64,000 bases of DNA from Phoronis australis (Eukaryota > Animalia > Phoronida). The stretch lies in assembly GCA_002633005.1 (NCBI GenBank), contig NMRA01000139.1:814075-878074 (forward strand), read 5' to 3'. Below, piece by piece: positions 56,480-64,000 of the stretch; position 1 is the first letter of the stretch; every line of letters begins with the position of its first letter. The notes beneath the pieces are model-generated. The model made no database searches and had not been told where the DNA came from. It worked only from the letters and a program-made list of their open reading frames with translations. Both the position numbers and the translations under genes were made by a program.

Positions 56480-59400
56480 ATGAGAAAGTCTGCAGTATTG
56501 CTTGTGGTTCTGAGTAAGTTTTGAGTATACATGTAGTAGTTTTTATGAATGACTACTAGGCTTTCCTATACGAACGCATCAAGGGGAAATTTGCAACAAG
56601 GGTTTAAATGATTTACCGATTATTCTTTGACCAACTTTGTTATACTGTAACTGAGTCGAGTGAAACTGAGCCCGTCACACTTTGTGACATGACGTAAACG
56701 AACGTTAGATGTTTTATACTGATGGTAATAAAACAACGCAGAAAACTTATTGTCATATTCGTAAAACAATTTGGATTTTATCTATTGGAACAACTGCATT
56801 GTTCATCAATGCCAACGAGACATACGACGGCGTGATGAGTGTCGTATCGTCACGTTGCCAAATGGTGCGCTCCTGAGTATTTCGTTGCAAGACGTGCATG
56901 TAAGCTCTGTGCATACAACCGAATATCAGCAAAATTATATTTTTTTATCTTAGTGCTATTATACATGTACATTTTATGAAGGGAAAACCTTTGCAGAATT
57001 TGATTGTAGACTTTATTCTAATTTGCTATTAATTGGGGCACGTGACTGTGTTTTAGTTCAATTTAGCAAATACGAAAGCTCCAAATCCATGCGAAAAAGT
57101 GACACGATCAAATTTCTCTTGATATAAATGATCAAGGAGTAATCTCAAAGGGTTATAACTGTTTTATGTATTACAATTTCGTTTTCGTTGATGCAACTTT
57201 TCATTTTTTCTCAGAGAAATCGTTACTATACAGTCCTATTTTGATAACCGTTCTTGGATTTTCAAAAAATAATCCCTTACAATATCTTGCAAAGTGCGCA
57301 GGTGCAAAAAGCATAAAGTTAAACCGATCAGTCATCTATGTTTCGAATTTTGTCAAATCTGGACATTTTTGTAGGTCCTACATAACTCTAGAGAAACAGT
57401 GAAATTTAAATTTTACACTTAGCAGGTATTTACGCCGTATGAACAACATAGAACCACAAACATTTTGGACAATTCAAAGACGCCTAGTTTTATTTCATTT
57501 AGGTTTCCTGGCTGCAACACGTGCATGGTGCCCACTGGGATCATGTGCACATTTGAGATCATCCGGCTATCTGAGTTGCGACAACATCTCTAAAGCGGAC
57601 TGTGGATCGGGAGAGAAATTCGTGGAGAGAGGCGCTGGCATGTGCCTTTGCTGTCCGAGATGCGTTCCGACATGTACGTGCACATTTTATTAACAGACAC
57701 TATGTTAGTCTCTTCATCAATTCATGGAACCTCCAATTAGTCTATCAATGAAGCTATATCTTGGTAAAAGGAAAAAAGCCTTCTGTAACATGCGATATCG
57801 TTGGTTTCCTTCAGCGTTGTCCGTGAATTTAAGGCACCAGTAGAAACTAGATCAAATCTGCATTAACATTCACAATTTCGTAACTTCAGTTTTACCGTGT
57901 TTTAATAGCCAAGCAAAAGATGGAAACACCGGGATCAATACTAAAAAGGATACCAAAACCGGTTTTGTAGAATTTACAAATTACACATCAAATTCCCTGA
58001 AACAAAGTAATGCTGGACAACCATAAAAATGTGGAGGGGTGAGAACTCATTTAAAAGTTTGCAAAACGGGCAAGCGTGACCTACGCTTTAGGGAATCGCA
58101 AGGCAACTTTGGAGAAAGGCCACTCACTACTATCGGTGAGAACGAACAACAAACAATTAGATGATTGTTTGGACAAAGTTCATCCGCTAAGTCATAAAAT
58201 TGTAATTGCCGACTGAGATTACGCATAATCCGAATCTGTCGTCTAATATTGCCTCCAGTTTTTAGACTCGAGTGCGACCACAGAGGAGTCTCGGCCGACA
58301 GCTTTAGCAGGCTATTGGTGACGTGCTGCTGGTCGCCTAGACGACCGGTCGTTGACCGGTCATCGACCGATTTCCGACAGGGCCGAACAAAAATTCCAGA
58401 TGTGCGCTATAGTCACGATGCCTGCTCCATCAACAAGGGCACAAATTAGTCAACACTGTCGTTTTTACTTTTATTTCTACGTCGGTGTCCTCTGAGTAAC
58501 GGAAACCCTCACTGTCCGCATACAATACATAGTTCGTATTTTATCTTATACGCACTGAACCAGTCGAGTGCAATACGGCCATGTAATAACGTTTTCCGTA
58601 TTCACCTCCCGCACTACTTCAACAGTGACCTCTGACATGGAAAGTTCAAAAGTTAGGTCAATGTTGAATCGACCTCCTTAGCGGGTTCGATCATCAAACT
58701 TTCCCAAAATAGTTTAAAGTAATACAATTGCAGCAGTGTTTATAACACTCAACATGCAATCAGGTCCCAACCGTAATATCTGGAACAGGACTGTTAATTT
58801 TATGACAGTCCTGTCTTTAGTTTTCAATTGCTAAACATTGTATCGTCTGCAACTCGGCGCCGATATCTCGGTAACTACAATATTAAATACTGCTGTTATT
58901 TAACTATTCTCAGGAGATGTTACAAGTTCGGTGCACAGTAACCGTTGTTTTCAACTTATTTTTTTTCAAGTAAAAAATCGTTGCATTTAAAACTGTTTCT
59001 TTCACTAGAGAAAACTTGCAACCTAACGCGCAAGTACATAGATTACATATAGGATGTGATCCGAGACGTGAACAGTCTAGGTGAAGTGTTTAAAAAATCT
59101 GTCGATAAACTGAAAGAAACTTAGGAACTCGAGGCGTATGCAATAAATACAAAACGTGCCTCGATTTGTGTACATGTAGATGACGTAATATTTTTGAGAC
59201 ATTATTCTGAATATCGACCGAGACTGAAGGTCGAGGTTGATACGCGGAATAATGTCGAGTAGGATATTACTTCATCTACGCCACTCTTTGTACGTTTTGT
59301 CGATTGTACCATGAATACTTTCTGAATCGAACATGTGTATAACTTACTATGAATACCCTTTCATGACGAATTACATTACTGCGATCTCTCATCCTCGCGC

Positions 59401-59523
59401 AATCTCTTTACAGTTGGTGCAAACGAGAGATGTGACGATTTCACAATAATGATGATCGGGGGACCTCCCGTCAAAACGTGTCCTGAAGGACGGCGCTGCG
59501 GTGCATCTGGCCTCTGCGAATAG
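56480..59523 (+). CDS. Small secreted 12-Cys protein, fungal protease inhibitor-1 / IGFBP N-terminal-like (104 aa)
   Basis: Exons 56480-56513, 57503-57673, 59414-59523 (phases 1,1; 315 nt): MRKSAVLLVVLSFLAATRA-WCPLGSCAHLRSSGYLSCDNISKADCGSGEKFVERGAGMCLCCPRCVPTFGANERCDDFTIMMIGGPPVKTCPEGRRCGASGLCE*. AATAAA at about 59698 and 59738. Confidence 0.85.
59176..59279. repeat. Palindromic hairpin repeat in intron 2 of the 12-Cys gene
   Basis: GTAGATGACGTAATAT...ACATTATTC pairs with GAATAATGT...ATATTACTTCATCTAC around a CCGAGACTGAAGGTCGAGG centre. Confidence 0.7.
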
Positions 59524-61108
59524 AAGTCTGGATCACCACAAGCAAGTCATAGGTCTATAGTAGAAGATGCACCAATTTCCCTTTTTACTTGTGTTCAGTT
59601 TGTCATTTTCTCCGTCAGAAATCTCGGAATTCCAATGCTGGCGTTCTGCAAGAGACCAAATGTTTTACGCCTGCTTTACAAACGTTTTCTTAAATGTAAT
59701 AAAGAGCTGTGGTCCAAAGTTCTTTTCTCTTGTCTATAATAAAGAAATGTTTGGATCCTCTCATTAACATAAATTCAAACACTGGGCAAACGTCGAGTTG
59801 CTGAACAATGCTATTTCCATGCTTCTCATCAGGATTGATGATGAGAGCTGAGCGCCGCTTTTCATACATGTAGTGTTCAGCTAAGTCCGGAAGGAGATAC
59901 CATTGTGCTCTTGGTTTTTAATTTTTGGGATGATAAGGTAATGGCTTTCATTAGCATGATTTGACACTAGACCGCAAAATGTGTCACATGGGGCTCAACA
60001 TTAAAAAAATGATACTATTAAAAGCACTGTAGGGCAGTCAATCAAAATTGAGTAAGAGGAATCAAACATTTTAGTGGGGGTGGTCCACGCTGGCATTTTT
60101 CTATGAACACATTACTTGTAGCGGGCTATAATACTTCATGTGGTTTAGATTTTCAACATAAAGGACATGGGCAAATTGAACGTGTGACTGCCTTGCTAGA
60201 ATATTGGCCTAGACAAGTTCGATCCATTGTGATTCATCATTGCCCATAGCAATGACGTCGAAAAACTCAGCAGTAATGAAGACAGACCCTTGCAACAAGG
60301 GCACAGATACATGTAGCTCCCTTAGTGACAATGCCTGTCTTTTTAGTAACAAGTTCATGTTTTTGGATGTTGTCAACGCATTTACAATCCCACTGCCTGC
60401 GTACAATGCGCTGGTATTGGTTCGAAATATATGCTCAGCCCTTATTGGACACGTATCAGTCTAGTCAATTTCCGTGACTCTAAAGAGGAAAGTCATTCAG
60501 TCGGGAGCTTGGCTGTATTTTCGGCTTGCATGAAACCAACTGCGCGGTAGAGGCTGGAACGAGGCCTCTGCCGTACTGTGAAATGCAAGCACAGCATTCT
60601 AATGGCACTCAAATTCTCCTCCCGTTTGGCCTCAAAGTTAGCGCCGGTGTTCCCTAAACGCGCCAAAATGGTGGTTTCAATCCCATGTCTGTCGAACGGA
60701 TTGCCGCATTTAAAGATACTTTTTACGTTTCATTTCAGTTTAACACTCAATAAAACAGATTTTAACTAAAGTTTGGTCAGTCGAAATACAAATCATTCAA
60801 CTAGTCTCTAAATATTTTCGAAATTTACTGCGTTTAAAGAGGCATAGATCGCGAAAACTCGTCCCAAATACCTTTTTAATGCCTGACTAAAGCAAAGTCC
60901 CTCAACGTCTTCTATAGCGTTACTCACTTTTCCTGTGAGGACATTTCCAGAAACAATCAGACAATCCACGACTTTTTGAAAAAAATGCGAAGGAAAAACT
61001 CTGTGGACACCACAGAAATTCTAACTTACCTCGCTTATTGTACCGCTCTGGGTGTTTCTTCATCCACACTTACACGTTGTCAGTGAATAGAATTGCACTT
61101 TTCTTAGC

Positions 61109-61585
61109 TAATACCACCGTCACACCGGAGGTACGGTGTCACTGTGGTGCTCGTACGACATAGACCACAGTGGCACCGCCATGATCGCCGTGGTTCTGCA
61201 GTGGTTCCGCCATTGATCGTCGAAGCACCGCGGTAAACTGTCAAAACCGCGGACCTTTGCGGTGGCTTGTTCAAAACTTCCGCAGAGCCACCGCGGGTTG
61301 AGCCAAACCGCAGTGGGATCGCCGCGACACCTTCATGACCCCCTTGGCACCGTACAAGGACCGCAGTAGCACCTCTATCACCGCCGCGCTTCCGCAGTGA
61401 CATCCGCCGTGCAATCGGCGAAAACGTGGACTGGCTACCCTACGGCGATCCAGTGGCGCGAAGAAAAACACGTGAGTGACGGGTAGGGGAAAACTATGAA
61501 ACAGTGCTGGCGGTTTCACTACGGTGATGACAGTTTTGACCAAAACCCGTTGTGGCACAGCGCATCTGGCATGACGGGGGTATTA
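61109..61585. mobile_element. GC-rich MITE with inverted termini
   Basis: TAATACCACCGTCACACCGG ... CTGGCATGACGGGGGTATTA; internal CACCG/CGGTG sub-repeats and a sharp GC step against the flanks. Confidence 0.7.
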
Positions 61586-62098
61586 GATTATGTTAAAACT
61601 AGTATTGTTTAGTTCCCGCAATGCATTAGCAAATAAAAGGGCCGTTGGCTGATTGTACGGCGCGTGAGCCTTAGGGATAGTGTAAAATGGTCGTAAAAGA
61701 ACCGTTGATTTACATAAAGTGTGCTCAATGAAATACTGAAGGTCCTCTTCCAATAGATTAATATAGGTTTGATGATAACAAAGAATATGGCAATATTGCT
61801 GGCAGTTGTAATACCTTAATAGCTGTTACCGTTCACCAACTTTGTCACGAAATCTGTCTCGTTAATTTCTTGTTCCTGGATCCTGCATTCTCGACCCCCA
61901 CACCTTTCGACCCCCTTGACCTACGACCTGTGGCACTTTTTACACATTTCATGGAATGTAATTCATCAATACCATTATGTTTGAACTAACAGGGAATATT
62001 TGGCTAAGTGGGGACGTAAACATGATGCTGTTAAAATATTTCTATTGGCGACTGAACAATTAACTAGTCAGATTCAAATTTTAAAGCGAAAGGCACAT

Positions 62099-63335
62099 TT
62101 AATTCTTCCACCCCGTCACGGGGTATATCAGGACCAAGCGTCTCAAACCTTGTCTTAAGTTTGTGAAGCGTACAACTGTAGATACCACACCTCGGTCGGT
62201 TAAAGATGAATATTTCACTACACCACTTTTCTTGAAATCAAGAACTGAGCCTTTCTGGAATCCTTCGCCAATTTTTCTTGTGTTTGCTTTTCCAAATTTT
62301 CGCTCGATAAGCCACAGTATCGGCATACTGCCGGAAGTTACGTAAGCAAGTGGATTGTCCATTAGATCTTCGAAGCACAACCCTAGAGCGTTGTGCTTCT
62401 TTACATAGGAGCAAAACATGTTTTTGACCCAGCAAAAGTGAACCAAGATAAGTTCTTTCAAGGAAAACCGCTCTCTTCCAAACAGGGTTTTGTTGTATTC
62501 TAAGAACAAAAATTTTCTTCGAAATATACACGTATGTAAGGCAATTTTCTGACTTACTCCGGGCAACTAGTCCAGAACCGTATTACTTGAAAAAATTCTA
62601 AACATATTTACAAAAGAATCGATTGTTTTCATTGGAAATTTCAGGTACATAAATACTGTTTTTACTCACGGGATGTTTTAACTTCTCCAATCAAATCGGT
62701 GCTAACGCGTTCGAGTTTCACGCAGTGAAACGCCCGAGGTTTCTCCGAGTGGCATGCAATTACAAGCTTTTGTTAGACGCCCAATGACTTACCCCTGTGT
62801 TTCATTAGTTCAGTCCCAGAGTCCACGTGGGCTCGGACATTGCCAATAAATCGATAATAGACTCGAACAACTGTGTCAAAATCGTGGAGCCACATCGGCC
62901 TGTGTTGGGTAGAAATATCAGAGGCGTTTTTTTGTTCTTCTACTTCGTAAGCGTAGAACTGTTTGTCTGGTATGCCAATGATGTGCGTTGCGTGCTGGAA
63001 ATGGGCGTTGTACATAAGTGCATTTACCTCAGATCTATATAGGTCCGTGTTTGATGGACACTTCTTGAATACAGATTCGTCGCTAGTGACGTTATAGACG
63101 GCCATGTCCTATTTAAGGACGTAGACTAGACTGGCAAATGAACAGTAGTCATGGAAACGTTGACGTCTTGGACATACGAAGGAAACGTCATCTTGCGCCC
63201 AATGACTCCACGAATTTTGGGCACACCTTTCACAATTATCGGCCATAAGTTTTCCAATCTTAGCACGTATTTTGTTGACCATCCATAGCATATTTTGAAG
63301 TACCGTGAATAGCTTGTTACGAGCAACGAACAGAA
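62099..63335 (-). pseudogene. Unidentified coding-like segment, possibly a decayed gene
   Basis: ORFs 63109-63369 and 62773-63105 are in the same frame separated by one TAG; there is a GTAAGT donor near 62790 and a further ORF at 62099-62566. No family recognised with confidence. Confidence 0.3.
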
Positions 63336-64000
63336 CTACAATCAGCATTATGTTATCAGAGTTTTTCAACAGTCTTTAGCACAAAAAATCCATCCACACG
63401 TCGACAATTCTTTAATCCTTATCGTACCACTTATACTGAACTGCAGTGAAAGAACAAGGTCTTAGGAGTCATGGGACCAGTACAACACTGGAACTTTGTT
63501 AAAGTCATATGATCCGTTTGTAGACGTTTTAAAAACATCGTGAATCTGCATAAAAACCATTGAAACATACTCTCTGACACTTAATTAGAACTTTTCGTAA
63601 GTATGGGGTCGATCTGCTGCCTGTACATATTTTTTCTTTTATTTTTTATTTTCTTAAAATCTGTGTGATCAAAACAAACGAATGTTGCCCATAATGCTGT
63701 GCGGTTTGACCTTTCGGCAACTAATCAGCTGTTTCCGAAGAAGAGAAGTTCGCCTTAACCAGGTAATTTATTCGTTTCTTGAACATTTTGATGACGATAT
63801 TGCTCCCTGTATGAGCTGAACAGTCTTACTATTACTCTTAGAATTAGATGAAACCATTACCTGTGGGAAAATTACGTACTCAATTTGATAGTAATCGTTG
63901 TGATCGAGTCGAGGGAGTCTGCGGTGGTACCCAGCCAGCTAGCGGTATCAAAATACAGCTAGGTACCACTGTGTGTTTTTCTTCAATAGAGCCCGAAATT

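Noticed and set aside
61104-61558. GC-rich ORFs
   Set aside because: Contained within a TIR-bounded MITE; open frames are expected from the high GC content.

Overview
Eukaryotic, AT-rich, intron-containing animal genomic DNA, probably from a marine invertebrate; the taxon cannot be fixed from sequence alone. No prokaryotic features, rRNA, intact tRNA or CRISPR array were found. By joining GT-AG splice sites in compatible phase I reconstructed four protein-coding genes by hand. (1) Receptor A (+, 1729-10249, 5' part outside the window) and (2) receptor B (+, 23999-37683, about 723 aa) are diverged paralogous single-pass membrane proteins: F-type lectin, 4-Cys kringle-like module, TSP1, TM, then a long basic disordered tail. 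(3) A minus-strand gene (49346-14595, 8 exons, 1160 aa) encodes a signal peptide, two tandem type-B carboxylesterase/cholinesterase-family domains, a TM helix and a short NPxY tail; receptor B lies entirely inside its 19.7-kb third intron on the opposite strand. (4) A small secreted 12-Cys protein (+, 56480-59523, 104 aa) resembles fungal protease inhibitor-1 / IGFBP N-terminal domains. The rest is introns and intergenic DNA with many non-autonomous DNA transposons (Kolobok-like with THAP relics, PIF/Harbinger-like and hAT-like MITEs, foldbacks), minisatellites, and an unidentified interrupted coding-like segment near the right end. All gene models are manual predictions without transcript support.
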